58,902 nt of DNA. Source: Gemmatimonadota bacterium (GTDB lineage Bacteria > Gemmatimonadota > Gemmatimonadetes > Gemmatimonadales > GWC2-71-9). The stretch spans positions 1 through 58,902 of the forward strand of contig JAZDCZ010000020.1 in assembly GCA_036679605.1 (NCBI GenBank). Reading direction: 5' to 3'. The notes below the pieces were generated by a model. That model did not search any database and was not told where the DNA came from. It saw only the letters and a list, made by a program, of their open reading frames with translations. This document shows, in pieces, positions 29,224-38,874 of this stretch; the stretch's first letter is position 1; each line of letters starts with the position of its first letter. The translations under genes and the position numbers were made by a program.

Positions 29224-29622
29224 CTACAGCTTGATCAACGCTACTACCGTCCCTAAGGTGCCCACCCAGAATAGGAACATCCACTTGATCAGCCTGGCCT
29301 CGAGTCCCGAGAGCCTGCTGTTCAACTCGGCCTTGAACTCCGCAAGCCGCTGATCGAGCGCCACAATCTCCTTACGCAACTCGGCCTTGAACTCCACAAG
29401 CCGCTGATCGAGCGCCGCAATCTCCTCACGCAATTCGGCCTTGATCTCCGCAAGCCGCTGTTCCAGCTTCGCATCGAAGCGTGCGAAGTTGACTTCGAAC
29501 AACTCTCTGAACTCTGAGCGGTACGTCGTGTCCACTTTGTTGAACCAGTCTACCAACTCATCGGCGATGCCGTGGCCGAGCTTGGCGTAAAACTCTTTAG
29601 AAAACTTGGCAGCAATTGGCAT
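29224..29622 (-). CDS. DUF1640/CCDC90-like coiled-coil protein with C-terminal membrane anchor
   Basis: Heptad coiled coil ending LIKWMFLFWVG; GAGG RBS. Confidence 0.8.
   Translation of the reverse strand: MPIAAKFSKEFYAKLGHGIADELVDWFNKVDTTYRSEFRELFEVNFARFDAKLEQRLAEIKAELREEIAALDQRLVEFKAELRKEIVALDQRLAEFKAELNSRLSGLEARLIKWMFLFWVGTLGTVVALIKL
29323..29460. repeat. 54-bp in-frame tandem repeat (about 2.5 copies)
   Basis: CAACTCGGCCTTGAACTCC-type unit starts at 29323, 29377 and 29431. Confidence 0.9.
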
Positions 29623-29829
29623 CTATCCCTCACGAAATTTGTGTGCTGCCACTATACTAAGATACGCTCGGCGGGGCATAACCGAAATACCGCAAGGTGG
29701 CGCCCGATTCTGCGTATTCGTTGGGGCGGCTGAGCTTGTCGTACTCTACGTCATCCAGTGTTCGTAGTACGGTAAGAGACGGGCCACCTAGGAGGCGATA
29801 ATCATGCGGCCGACCACCGAGGAAAGATC

Positions 29830-30087
29830 ATGACGGAAGACATACTCGCCATCGTTCTTGGCGTCCCTGGGATCATCGCGTTCACCGCGCTTATCATCCG
29901 TTTCAAGCTCAAGAAAAAGGAGCTGGAGATCCGAGGCAGCGATCCGGAGCTGGGGCGGCAGGTCGATGAGCTGCGTGACGATCTCAACGACACACGAGCA
30001 CAGTTGGCCGAGGTGCAGGAACGGCTCGACTTCGCAGAGCGTCTGCTCACCGCCGGGCGTGCGTCGGAAGAGGGCAGAAGTGGGTGA
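29830..30087 (+). CDS. Small single-TM coiled-coil hypothetical protein
   Basis: N-terminal TM followed by LAEVQERLDFAERLL. Confidence 0.75.
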   Translation: MTEDILAIVLGVPGIIAFTALIIRFKLKKKELEIRGSDPELGRQVDELRDDLNDTRAQLAEVQERLDFAERLLTAGRASEEGRSG

Positions 30088-30187
30088 TCGTCTGCCCCCA
30101 GCAATGCAATGTCACGCCAGGCGTGACATTGCACTACCCATCGGTTTTCGACATTCCAATAGGCGTCAACGTCTTTCGGATCCCAGC

Positions 30188-30390
30188 TAGCCTCAACAAT
30201 AGAGCTTTGCAACTCCGCTTCTCCATCTGTGGCCGAAATGTCGCGGCAAGCGCCGTTACGCGACTCCTAAGCTCGCGATAGAACGCGGGCTCCGTCTCCG
30301 CTCTTTGCAACAGGCGGCGCAACGCGTTGGTATCGCCGGTCGCGAAGTATCCGGGATAATCGTCTCCGAGGAGACCGATGGTGCCGGGGA
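30188..30390 (-). pseudogene. 3' remnant of a diverged senB allele
   Basis: Colinear with 35029-35231; PGTIGLLGDDYPGYFATGDT vs PGTVGLLGNDYPGYFPTGDT. Confidence 0.9.
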
Positions 30391-30537
30391 GTGCCGCCTC
30401 AGTCTCATTGGGCATTGTCGATAGGGGCCGCTTCGCGTCGAATCCCTCCTCGGATATCCCCGAGTGCGTTTCAACTTGCGGAGTTCTCCAATTGAGGTCA
30501 TGTTTGCGCGTCTTCCAACTCCCTCAAGGAGGTCGTC

Positions 30538-31287
30538 ATGAAGCGCATCGGATTAGCCGTTGCAGCAGGGATGATTGTACTTGCACCATCGGCGTTTGCC
30601 CAGGACGCCGCCCCACGACCCGTCATTTTCGGCATGTACCTGCGCTGCAATCAGGGTCACGAAGCACGCGCCGACGAGATCGCGCGCGGGGTCTTCGGAC
30701 CTATCATTCAGAAGCACGTCGACATGGGACATCTATCTGGATGGGTATGGCTGTCGCATGTGCAGGGCGGCTCCTGGCGCCGAGTAATGGCGTTGGTCGG
30801 CACTGACATCGACGTCATGATGGATACCAGGGAACAGATCGTCGACGAGTTTACCAGCCAACACGCCGATGCGGCAGAGGAGTTCGGGTCCGTTTGCGGC
30901 AGTCATGACGACTATATCTGGATCGGCATCTCCACGTCAACGCCCGACCCTTCGGCAGTGGGAAATGCGACGCTGTCAACGTACTACGCCTGCGACAATT
31001 CGCGTGAAGGTCGCACCAATCAGATCTTCGAGGACATCCTCGCGCCGCTGTACAAGAAGCACGCTGACATGGGACACATCGCGTCGTGGGGGTATTACGC
31101 GCATCGACAGGGCGGCATTTTTCGCCGACTACTGACGTTCAGCGGAGCCGATCACAAGACGTTGCTGAACATGCTGGGCGCCATCAACCAGGAAGCGAAT
31201 GCCAACAATCCGCTCGCCATGAATGAGTTCCGCCAGATATGTAACTGGCACACAGATTATATGTGGAACAACGCGACCGAACAGTAG
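30538..31287 (+). CDS. Secreted protein with two internal repeats (NIPSNAP-like alpha/beta barrel suspected)
   Basis: AGGAGG RBS, AFA signal site; KHVDMGHLSGW / KHADMGHIASW and HDDYIW / HTDYMW duplications. Confidence 0.75.
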   Translation: MKRIGLAVAAGMIVLAPSAFAQDAAPRPVIFGMYLRCNQGHEARADEIARGVFGPIIQKHVDMGHLSGWVWLSHVQGGSWRRVMALVGTDIDVMMDTREQIVDEFTSQHADAAEEFGSVCGSHDDYIWIGISTSTPDPSAVGNATLSTYYACDNSREGRTNQIFEDILAPLYKKHADMGHIASWGYYAHRQGGIFRRLLTFSGADHKTLLNMLGAINQEANANNPLAMNEFRQICNWHTDYMWNNATEQ

Positions 31288-31368
31288 GCAGCAGGCCTAT
31301 GCTGGCAATCGAGGGATCCGATCGGATCTCTCGATCACCGGTGTAGAAATGTCAACGGGAGGTGATCC

Positions 31369-31785
31369 ATGGCGGATCGAGTGAAAAAGGTAAGCTACTG
31401 CTATATGAAAGTCCCCAGCCGCCCGGGACAGGGCGGCAAAATACTGGGCACTCTCCGCGAGGCCGGAGTGAGCCTCCTGGCGTACTCTGGGTTTCCCGCA
31501 GGCGGTGGGAAAGCTCAGCTCGACTTTATCCCTGAGGATATGGTGACCTTTCGCAGGGTTGCACGCCAGAACGCGTGGCGTGTGAGCAAGGTCAAGAAGG
31601 GCTTCTTGATAACCGGCAGCGACCGGGTGGGCGCGGTGCACCGGCACATCGGCAAGCTCGCCGACGCGAAGATCAACGTTACCGCGGCGGATGCTGTAAT
31701 GGCCGGCAAGGGGCGCTACGGTATGATACTTTGGGTGAAGCCGAAGCAATACAATCGCGCGGCGAGGGTGCTCAAGGCAAAGTAG
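31369..31785 (+). CDS. Tandem ACT-like domain protein
   Basis: VPSRPGQGGKILGTLREAGVSL and DRVGAVHRHIGKLADAKINV. Confidence 0.75.
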   Translation: MADRVKKVSYCYMKVPSRPGQGGKILGTLREAGVSLLAYSGFPAGGGKAQLDFIPEDMVTFRRVARQNAWRVSKVKKGFLITGSDRVGAVHRHIGKLADAKINVTAADAVMAGKGRYGMILWVKPKQYNRAARVLKAK

Positions 31786-31806
31786 GCTTGGAAATGTGAG
31801 ACGCTG

Positions 31807-34800
31807 ATGGCTGAACTTCAAGATCGCCTCCAATCCGCACTCGGCGACCTGTACCGACTCGAACGCGAGATCGGCGGGGGTGGCATGTCACGGCTCTTTC
31901 TTGCGACCGAGGCCTCGCTCAACCGTCAGGTGGTCATCAAGCTGCTCCCGCCCGAGATGACGAGCGATGTGAGCGCCGCGCGATTCAAACAGGAAATCGA
32001 ACTCGCCGCACAGCTACAACATCCCAACGTACTGCCTGTGCTGACCGCCGGGTCACAGGACGACCTCATTTACTACGTCATGCCGTACGTCACCGGCGAG
32101 TCATTGCGCCATCGGCTTACGACCGACGGACGTGCGTCGATAGAGACGACGCGCAAGGTCTTGGGCGAGGTGGCGGACGCGCTGGCGCATGCGCACGCGC
32201 AGGGAGTGGTCCACCGCGACATCAAGCCGGAGAACATTCTGCTGCAGCATGGGCATGCGGTCCTCATGGACTTCGGGGTTGCCCGTGCGGTCGCGGAGGC
32301 TCAGAGCGGTGAGCGCCTGACCGCCACGGGCCTGGCAATCGGCACCCCCGGGTACATGTCTCCAGAGCAAGCGGCGGGCGAGCGGCACATCGATGCGCGT
32401 ACCGACGTCTATGCACTAGCCGTCGTGGGCTACGAGATGCTGACCGGCGCGCCACCGTTTACCGGAGCGAGTGTGCAGGCGGTTCTCGCCGCACACATGA
32501 CCGAGGACCCTCGGCCGCTCACAGAGGTTCGCGCCGATACTCCGTCGGACTTGGCAACAACCATTGAACGAGCGCTGGCGAAGCAGCCAGGCGAGCGAAT
32601 ACAGACGGCGGCGGAGTTTCGGGACGCGGTGGCCATCACGAGCGGTGCCACCCCCGCTGCATCACTCCCTCGTCGAAGCTGGGCGCTGGGGGCCGGAGTG
32701 CTGGCGGTGGCGGCTGCGGCGGTTCTCTTCCTGTGGCCGCGCGGCTGGAGCGTCGACGGGGACCCCCGTCAGAGCGTTGTGGTCTTCCCGTTCGAGAACC
32801 GCAGCGGCGACCCGGAAAACGACTGGCTCCAAGAGGCGTCGATGAACCTCTTGGGGTTGTCGCTGGCGCACTGGGAGGACCTCCGAGTGTTCGACGATGA
32901 GCGTACCTCATCGCTCATGCGGCGGCGCGACGTGACCACGCCTGCCGACCTCGATTTCGACGCTGCCCAGCGAATGGCGATGGAGGCCAACGTTGGCACG
33001 CTCGTCATGGGAGACGTGCGGCGTGACGGAGACTCGCTCGCGTTCGAGGCGAAGGTTCACGATGTGGCGTCGGGGGACCGGCTCGCAACCGAGATCGTCC
33101 GGTCAGGGTTGGACGCCGATCACCGTTTCGTGTTCGACTCGCTGGCTGCGCGCATTCTCCAAGTGAGCGGTGCGCCTGCCGGAGATCGGCCCGGCATAGT
33201 AGCGCAAACGACCCGCTCTCTTGATGCTTATCGCGAATATCTACGAGGCAGCGAACTGATCCAGAGCCTCGAGATCGATTCCGCCGAGGCGCACTTGCTG
33301 CGGGCCGTCGAACTCGACTCGACATTCGCGTTGGCGTACATCCAGCTCCGCAACGCAGAAGGATGGAAATCTGGCGGCGGTGATCTGGCAAGGCGACGCA
33401 CGCTGGTAGGTCAAGCCCAGGCTTACGGCCAGCAGCTCCCCGTTCGGCTGAGAACATTGGTCGAATTCAACGTCGCGTTCGAAAACGGACGGTTTCCTCG
33501 AGCACGCGATCTTGCCGAGCAGATGATCGTCCGGGATTCCGGAGACGTGGAAGCGTGGTACCAACTCGGCGAGGCGCACTTCCATCACGGATTGAGGGTG
33601 TTTCCGCATCCTGACAGCCTCGGCAATGTGGGGAAAGCACTTCACGCGTTCAAGACCGCTCTCGAGTTGGATTCGAGTTATACGCTTGCGTACCAGCATA
33701 TTCTCGACGCACTCGCGAACTGTGTGCAGGACGGAGCGCAGCTTGCGTGCGTGGGCGACTCGGCGATCTACGCAACCGTTGACGATCTGGACAGCCTTTT
33801 GGGTCCAGGCGTGCTCGAACGATTGCGGGACGAAGCAACCGCGGAGCAGGTTACCACGGCGTACGGGTGGGTTTCAGCGGCACCGGCATCAATGCGCGCG
33901 CGGGAGCGACTTATTCAGATTCTTCTTGCCCAAGAGCGGTTCGCCGAAGCGGCAAACCAGACGGTGCTCATGCGGGAAATGGGCGACGAGGCGCGTGCCT
34001 TGGCGCTCGAGGGCCAAGCACTCTTTGGCCAGCAGCAGTTTCGTGAGGCGGCGGCACGCGTGAGCGAGGGAATGGCTGTGGCGTCCGAGGGCAACCTAGA
34101 CCCAACCCAGAATACACCGTTCAATCCGACCATCTTATTGGGGGGCGGAAGAATATCGGATGCCCGCGTCTTAATTACGGGTCTCATGGAAGCCTTCCCT
34201 GACCCTCTGCCCCTCGGCCCGCGTACATCGGTCCCTAAAAGCTTGTTGAGTGACTATTTCTTTCCAGCTGCCCTAATGATCGAGCTGGCTGATGACAGCG
34301 CTACGGTAGTCAACGCGATCAACGAGTTCACCGACGCGGTCTGGAATGAGTTCGGGCGTGACACGGCTAGCGTCAAGGTCGTGGTTGGCATGTTGGCTGC
34401 AGGATCGAGCATGGGTGTTTCTGCGTACCTCATAAGCCGCGACACTACCTTGCTCGCCACCTGGCTGAGGGACTTTGGCGAGGGGGCCCCACCTGTCGCG
34501 CACGCCCACCTGCAGCTAGCACGTGGGGATATTATCGGGGCCCGGGATGTTGTAGCGGCGACACACGCGGAACCGCCCGCGTCAGCCCCGCCAACGCTTG
34601 GGTCATTTCCGGCAATGAAGTCGATCTACGCCCGCGGGTTTCTTCGAGCGTTGATGGGGGACATAGAGGGTGCCGTCGAGACGTACGCGCTGCTCGACAG
34701 TGCCTCCAATTCGGCGATCCTCCAGGACCCAGTTACCCTCATTCGATCGTGGGCCGAACGCGGCTCGCTGTATCAGCAGCTCGGTGATACCGACAAGGCC

Positions 34801-34929
34801 ATAGAGATGTACGAGAAGTTGATCGATGCGTGGTCTGAAGGCGACGAGGGCGCACTCGAGATGGTCGAGCGTGCGAGAGCGGCAGTGGCGGCGTTGAGGG
34901 GAGAAACGGGAGAGACGAGAAGACGGTGA
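31807..34929 (+). CDS. Membrane-anchored Ser/Thr kinase with TolB_N-like and TPR domains
   Basis: GGGGMSRLF, VVIK, HRDIKPEN, DFG, GTPGYMSPE; TM near aa 292-311; VVVFPFENRS. Confidence 0.92.
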   Translation: MAELQDRLQSALGDLYRLEREIGGGGMSRLFLATEASLNRQVVIKLLPPEMTSDVSAARFKQEIELAAQLQHPNVLPVLTAGSQDDLIYYVMPYVTGESLRHRLTTDGRASIETTRKVLGEVADALAHAHAQGVVHRDIKPENILLQHGHAVLMDFGVARAVAEAQSGERLTATGLAIGTPGYMSPEQAAGERHIDARTDVYALAVVGYEMLTGAPPFTGASVQAVLAAHMTEDPRPLTEVRADTPSDLATTIERALAKQPGERIQTAAEFRDAVAITSGATPAASLPRRSWALGAGVLAVAAAAVLFLWPRGWSVDGDPRQSVVVFPFENRSGDPENDWLQEASMNLLGLSLAHWEDLRVFDDERTSSLMRRRDVTTPADLDFDAAQRMAMEANVGTLVMGDVRRDGDSLAFEAKVHDVASGDRLATEIVRSGLDADHRFVFDSLAARILQVSGAPAGDRPGIVAQTTRSLDAYREYLRGSELIQSLEIDSAEAHLLRAVELDSTFALAYIQLRNAEGWKSGGGDLARRRTLVGQAQAYGQQLPVRLRTLVEFNVAFENGRFPRARDLAEQMIVRDSGDVEAWYQLGEAHFHHGLRVFPHPDSLGNVGKALHAFKTALELDSSYTLAYQHILDALANCVQDGAQLACVGDSAIYATVDDLDSLLGPGVLERLRDEATAEQVTTAYGWVSAAPASMRARERLIQILLAQERFAEAANQTVLMREMGDEARALALEGQALFGQQQFREAAARVSEGMAVASEGNLDPTQNTPFNPTILLGGGRISDARVLITGLMEAFPDPLPLGPRTSVPKSLLSDYFFPAALMIELADDSATVVNAINEFTDAVWNEFGRDTASVKVVVGMLAAGSSMGVSAYLISRDTTLLATWLRDFGEGAPPVAHAHLQLARGDIIGARDVVAATHAEPPASAPPTLGSFPAMKSIYARGFLRALMGDIEGAVETYALLDSASNSAILQDPVTLIRSWAERGSLYQQLGDTDKAIEMYEKLIDAWSEGDEGALEMVERARAAVAALRGETGETRRR

Positions 34930-35010
34930 GAGAGGGGCACTGTTAGCCCTCGACTCACACGGAATAATCGTACTAATGCCTATTATGCTAGGTTGTTAGC
35001 GCTCGAGTCA
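34930..35010 (-). repeat. Degenerate copies of the REP-like hairpin between convergent genes
   Basis: AGCCCTCGACTCACA shared with 18076-18090; a second decayed copy TTAGCGCTCGAGTCAC. Confidence 0.55.
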
Positions 35011-35016
35011 CTACAG

Positions 35017-35976
35017 CTACCTCCGAGATAGCTTCGCCAACAGATCTTTCCAGCTCCGCTTCTCCAGCCGCGGCCGAAATGTCGCGGCGAGTGCCGTGAC
35101 GCAATTCCTAAGCTCGCGATAGAATGCGGGATCCGTTTCCGCTCTTTCCAACAGGCGGCGCAACACGTTGGTGTCGCCGGTCGGGAAGTATCCGGGATAG
35201 TCATTGCCGAGGAGACCGACCGTGCCGGGGATGCGGCTCGCCAAGATGGGTATAGAACTAACGATCGCCTCGGAAATGACATTGGCTCCCCCCTCAGATC
35301 GCGAACTCAGCACCAACATGCGGCTCCGTGCCAACACGCGGCGAGCCTCTGCACGTGACCGCTCACCCAGCCAATGGTACCGGGGATTGCGTTTCTCCTC
35401 TTCGCGGGCACGGTGCTGGATGGTCTCGCTCAACGCGGCACCGACGTGCTGAACGCGGATGCGCGACGAAGAGGGAAGGCGCCGCACCGCGCAGGCAGTC
35501 CGAAACGGATCTTTGACGGCCCGCAGGTGGCCGAGAACACAAATATCGAATGACCGCGGCTTCCGCGGTGACCGCGGCATGTGGGGGGGGACCGCAGATT
35601 GCCTGATGACGTGCGTCTTGGATTGCAACCTCAACGTCAGTTCGTCGAGTGCTTTCGGTTGCAATACTATAATGGCGTCTGACGTGTCGAGGATTTGTCG
35701 TGCGACCACGCTCGTCTTCAGATCACCATAGAGATCCGTGCCGGTGAGTGCGGCGACGATGGGCCGGTCGGGATACAACCGACGGAATCGCCGTACGGAC
35801 GGCGCACTCTTCCGCGCGTGGAGCGCCACGAGAACATCGCACGCTTCCGAGTCGAACTTGGTTGCGATCGTCACACGGTGGCCCAGCGCGCGCAGGATCT
35901 TGGCCCAGCGCTCGGCAGTCACCCGATTGCCGGCCCGAGAACCACGAGGTACCGGTGTGACGATCCGAATCCGCAC
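35017..35976 (-). CDS. senB: Selenosugar synthase glycosyltransferase SenB
   Basis: IVTP...GNRVTAERWA, ALHARKS, LTGTDLY, GHLRAVKDP, SEGGANVISEA, YPGYF; adjacent to an EgtB-like gene. Confidence 0.85.
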   Translation of the reverse strand: MRIRIVTPVPRGSRAGNRVTAERWAKILRALGHRVTIATKFDSEACDVLVALHARKSAPSVRRFRRLYPDRPIVAALTGTDLYGDLKTSVVARQILDTSDAIIVLQPKALDELTLRLQSKTHVIRQSAVPPHMPRSPRKPRSFDICVLGHLRAVKDPFRTACAVRRLPSSSRIRVQHVGAALSETIQHRAREEEKRNPRYHWLGERSRAEARRVLARSRMLVLSSRSEGGANVISEAIVSSIPILASRIPGTVGLLGNDYPGYFPTGDTNVLRRLLERAETDPAFYRELRNCVTALAATFRPRLEKRSWKDLLAKLSRR

Positions 35977-37281
35977 TTACCGCAACGCGCAGGTACGAAA
36001 ACCAGCGAGGACGTCGCGACGGTGTGGTTCGTAAAAATTCCGCCACGTGTTGCGCAACATCCGGCTGCGCGTAGTCCACGCACCCCCGCGCAGCACCTTG
36101 CGGGTTCCGAACAATGGTTGCGAATACTCGGCGTAGAAATCGCGCTCGAAGTCGGGGAAGGGAACGAATGGACTGCTGGTCCACTCCCACACGTTGCCGA
36201 GCATTTGGCGACAACCGGATGGGCTATCGCCGGCCGCATACGCACCGACGTCCACGCAACCCATGTTCTCCCAATTCATGTTCGTGCGGTTCTCGGTGAC
36301 GTCGCCGTCACCCCACGGAAAGGTCGGCTTGGTCGACGGAAGCGACTGCCCGTCATTCGAGACGGTGGCGGCGGCTTCCCACTCTGCCTCGGTCGGCAAT
36401 CGGCGGCCAGCCCATCGGCAATAGGCGTTCGCCTCGTGCCAGTTGACGTGAATGACCGGCCGGTGTGGTTCGAGCGGAAGCCATTCGCTGAAATGACGTC
36501 GCTCCCACGCGTCGCCGTCCCGCCGCCAGTACACAGGGTGTTCGGCTTCATCGGTTTCTCTCCACACCCAGCCCTCGTCGTCCCACAACTCCCGTCTCGC
36601 GTAGCCGGCATCGTCGACGAAGGCCGCGAATTCACTTTGCGTAGCGGCGGCGCGCGCAATCGCGAATTCGCCTAGCGGTACTTCGAAAGCCCATTTTTCG
36701 TTATCGAATGCGAACGATGCTTCCCGTTCCGCGCCGAGCCGGAATGACGACAGGGAGATCTCGACATCGCCTTTGAGTGGTCCGCCCTTTGAAGTGTGGG
36801 TTTGTCGGTCAACGGAAAGGCTGGGCGGCGCGTACCCCAGAGTTTGTCGAGTGTAGGTGAATGCTTCCGTGTGCATGTCCTCGTGAAACACACAGTACTT
36901 TGCCAAATACAACAGGTCATCCGAAGGATCTCCGGAGATTCCGTCAAGCACTGCGTCGCGCACGGCGACGAGATAGGCCAGCGTTTCTTCACGTGTCGGG
37001 AGTGGAAGATCCCAACGGGTATCGTGAGCGATCGCGATCGAATCCCAAAGAGCGTCGCCGTCGTCGCGAATCGGTGGTTTCCCCAACGCGTCGCGCAGTA
37101 CCCACTTCTCGTAGAACCAAGCGACGTGTCCGATTTCCCAGAGTAGTGGATTCACAATATCGAGTTGCGGTCCCATGATCTGGGTGTCGTCGAGATCGGC
37201 GACGAGTTCGAGTGTCCGAGAGCGGGCGTCGATCACCCAGTCGCGGACTTCGTCGGCTGTTACAACGCGGTGTTCTGTCAT
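35977..37281 (-). CDS. senA: Selenoneine synthase SenA (EgtB-like, DinB_2 + FGE-sulfatase)
   Basis: NPLLWEIGHVAWF, HEDMHTEA, FDNEK, RLPTEAEWE, GNVWEW, RGGAW, GFRTC; start taken at MTEHRV. Confidence 0.82.
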   Translation of the reverse strand: MTEHRVVTADEVRDWVIDARSRTLELVADLDDTQIMGPQLDIVNPLLWEIGHVAWFYEKWVLRDALGKPPIRDDGDALWDSIAIAHDTRWDLPLPTREETLAYLVAVRDAVLDGISGDPSDDLLYLAKYCVFHEDMHTEAFTYTRQTLGYAPPSLSVDRQTHTSKGGPLKGDVEISLSSFRLGAEREASFAFDNEKWAFEVPLGEFAIARAAATQSEFAAFVDDAGYARRELWDDEGWVWRETDEAEHPVYWRRDGDAWERRHFSEWLPLEPHRPVIHVNWHEANAYCRWAGRRLPTEAEWEAAATVSNDGQSLPSTKPTFPWGDGDVTENRTNMNWENMGCVDVGAYAAGDSPSGCRQMLGNVWEWTSSPFVPFPDFERDFYAEYSQPLFGTRKVLRGGAWTTRSRMLRNTWRNFYEPHRRDVLAGFRTCALR

Positions 37282-37321
37282 TGGAGTATCGCCCCGAGTT
37301 CTAGATGTAACCTGGTACGGC

Positions 37322-38650
37322 CTACCGCCCCAGTCTTGGATCGTGAGGTGCCTTGATCGGCCTTCCCCCAGCGCCCTCACCCGTAATTAAACGCACCCCC
37401 CGTTCGTAGAAGAGGTACATCCAGGTCCACTCTGCTAGAGTGGTAAGCTTGCGGCGGAAGTCGATGAGGAAGGTGATGTGGACTAAAGCCCACACCAGGA
37501 ACGCCAGACGTCCGCCAAATCGCCGACCTGCTATATCAGCCACCGCTTTGTTGCGGCCAATGGTCGCGAGTGAGCCCTTGTCCTTGTAGACAAAGACGCG
37601 TCGCTTCGGAGAGCGCTCACCGCGTGCCGTCGCGGTAATGTCTGCCGCGATAGTTTGTCCCGCGAACCGGCCCATCTGTAGCGCACCCTGAGCCACTCCC
37701 GGAACCGGAGCACCAGTGTCGGGATCTACGCGATGCGCCAGGTCACCGACGATAAAGACGTTGGGATGGCCGGGAATGGTGAGGTCATCCTGGACGAGCA
37801 CGCGCCCGGCACCGTCGAGGTCTCCGCCCGTTCTCATGCCCAATGCGGATGCCGTCACGCCAGCGGCCCAAATCACGTTTTGAGCGTCGATCCGCTCGAC
37901 GCGAGCATTACACTGGACGGTCAACCCTTTCTCGTCCACGTCGACGACCCGTGTGGCCAGCTTCAACTCGACACCCAAATGATCGAGGTCGCGCGCCGCG
38001 CGTTTAGACAGCTCGGGAGCGAACGTCGGGAGCACGCGATCCAGCGCGTCGATGAGCACGACCCGTACCGTATCGGTGTCGAAATGCCTGAAGTCGCTGC
38101 GCAACGTGTGGCGGCTGATCTCCGCCATGGCGCCGGCCATCTCGACACCGGTCGGGCCGGCTCCCACGATGGCGAAGGTAAGTGCGGAGCGGCGGGCGTC
38201 GGGGTCGGTCTCGATCTCTGCTTCCTCGAACGCAAGAAGGAAACGCGAGCGGACGTTGATCGCCTCCTCGATCGTCTTGAGGCCTGGTGCATGTGCCACC
38301 CACGCGTCGTTGCCGAAGTAGTTCGTTTGCACGCCCGCAGCGAGGACAAGGTAGTCAAAGGCATACGGCTCCTCGCCGATCGAGACGGTGCAGCAATCAA
38401 GATCGACGTCGGTTACCTCCCCCAGGTAGACCTGGCAGTTCCGTTGGCGCGCCAGGATTCGCCTGATCGGCGCTGCGATGTTGCCTGGAGAGAGAGCGGC
38501 GGTCGCAACCTGATAGAGCAGTGGCTGGAACAAGTGATGGTTGCGTTTGTCGAGGAGCACGACTTCGGCGTCGGTGCGCGCCAGAGCCCGGGCGGCTGCC
38601 AGCCCGCCGAACCCGCCACCGACGATGACGATCCTAGGCAATGATTCCAT
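37322..38650 (-). CDS. ndh: Type II NADH dehydrogenase-like FAD oxidoreductase
   Basis: GGGFGG, HHLFQPLLYQVAT, GAGPTGVEMAG, WAAGV, GD, GSLATIGR. Confidence 0.88.
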   Translation of the reverse strand: MESLPRIVIVGGGFGGLAAARALARTDAEVVLLDKRNHHLFQPLLYQVATAALSPGNIAAPIRRILARQRNCQVYLGEVTDVDLDCCTVSIGEEPYAFDYLVLAAGVQTNYFGNDAWVAHAPGLKTIEEAINVRSRFLLAFEEAEIETDPDARRSALTFAIVGAGPTGVEMAGAMAEISRHTLRSDFRHFDTDTVRVVLIDALDRVLPTFAPELSKRAARDLDHLGVELKLATRVVDVDEKGLTVQCNARVERIDAQNVIWAAGVTASALGMRTGGDLDGAGRVLVQDDLTIPGHPNVFIVGDLAHRVDPDTGAPVPGVAQGALQMGRFAGQTIAADITATARGERSPKRRVFVYKDKGSLATIGRNKAVADIAGRRFGGRLAFLVWALVHITFLIDFRRKLTTLAEWTWMYLFYERGVRLITGEGAGGRPIKAPHDPRLGR

Positions 38651-38665
38651 AGATCTCCAAAGATA

Positions 38666-38835
38666 GATCGGCGGCTACAGAAACATTAGGACATACACGA
38701 GCGCCAACAGAATCTGAATCGCCGCAAACGGCGCTGCCTTACGTACGAACTGCCCAAAGCTGACATGACGAGGGCAAACGCGATGGCGATGAAACCCATG
38801 CCAAGATCGCTGATGACCGGTGTGGCTGACGCGGC
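38666..38835 (-). pseudogene. Internally deleted 3' remnant of the anion permease gene
   Basis: 38666-38763 matches 46600-46697 (92/98); 38764-38835 is identical to 47110-47181. Confidence 0.92.
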
Positions 38836-38874
38836 TGGCGGATCACTTGGTGGGGCGGGTGAAGGCGGGCGTCG

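Noticed and set aside
37322..38650. SelD-associated N-terminal oxidoreductase standing in for senC
   Set aside because: Motifs match ordinary NDH-2, and no selenophosphate synthetase domain is present
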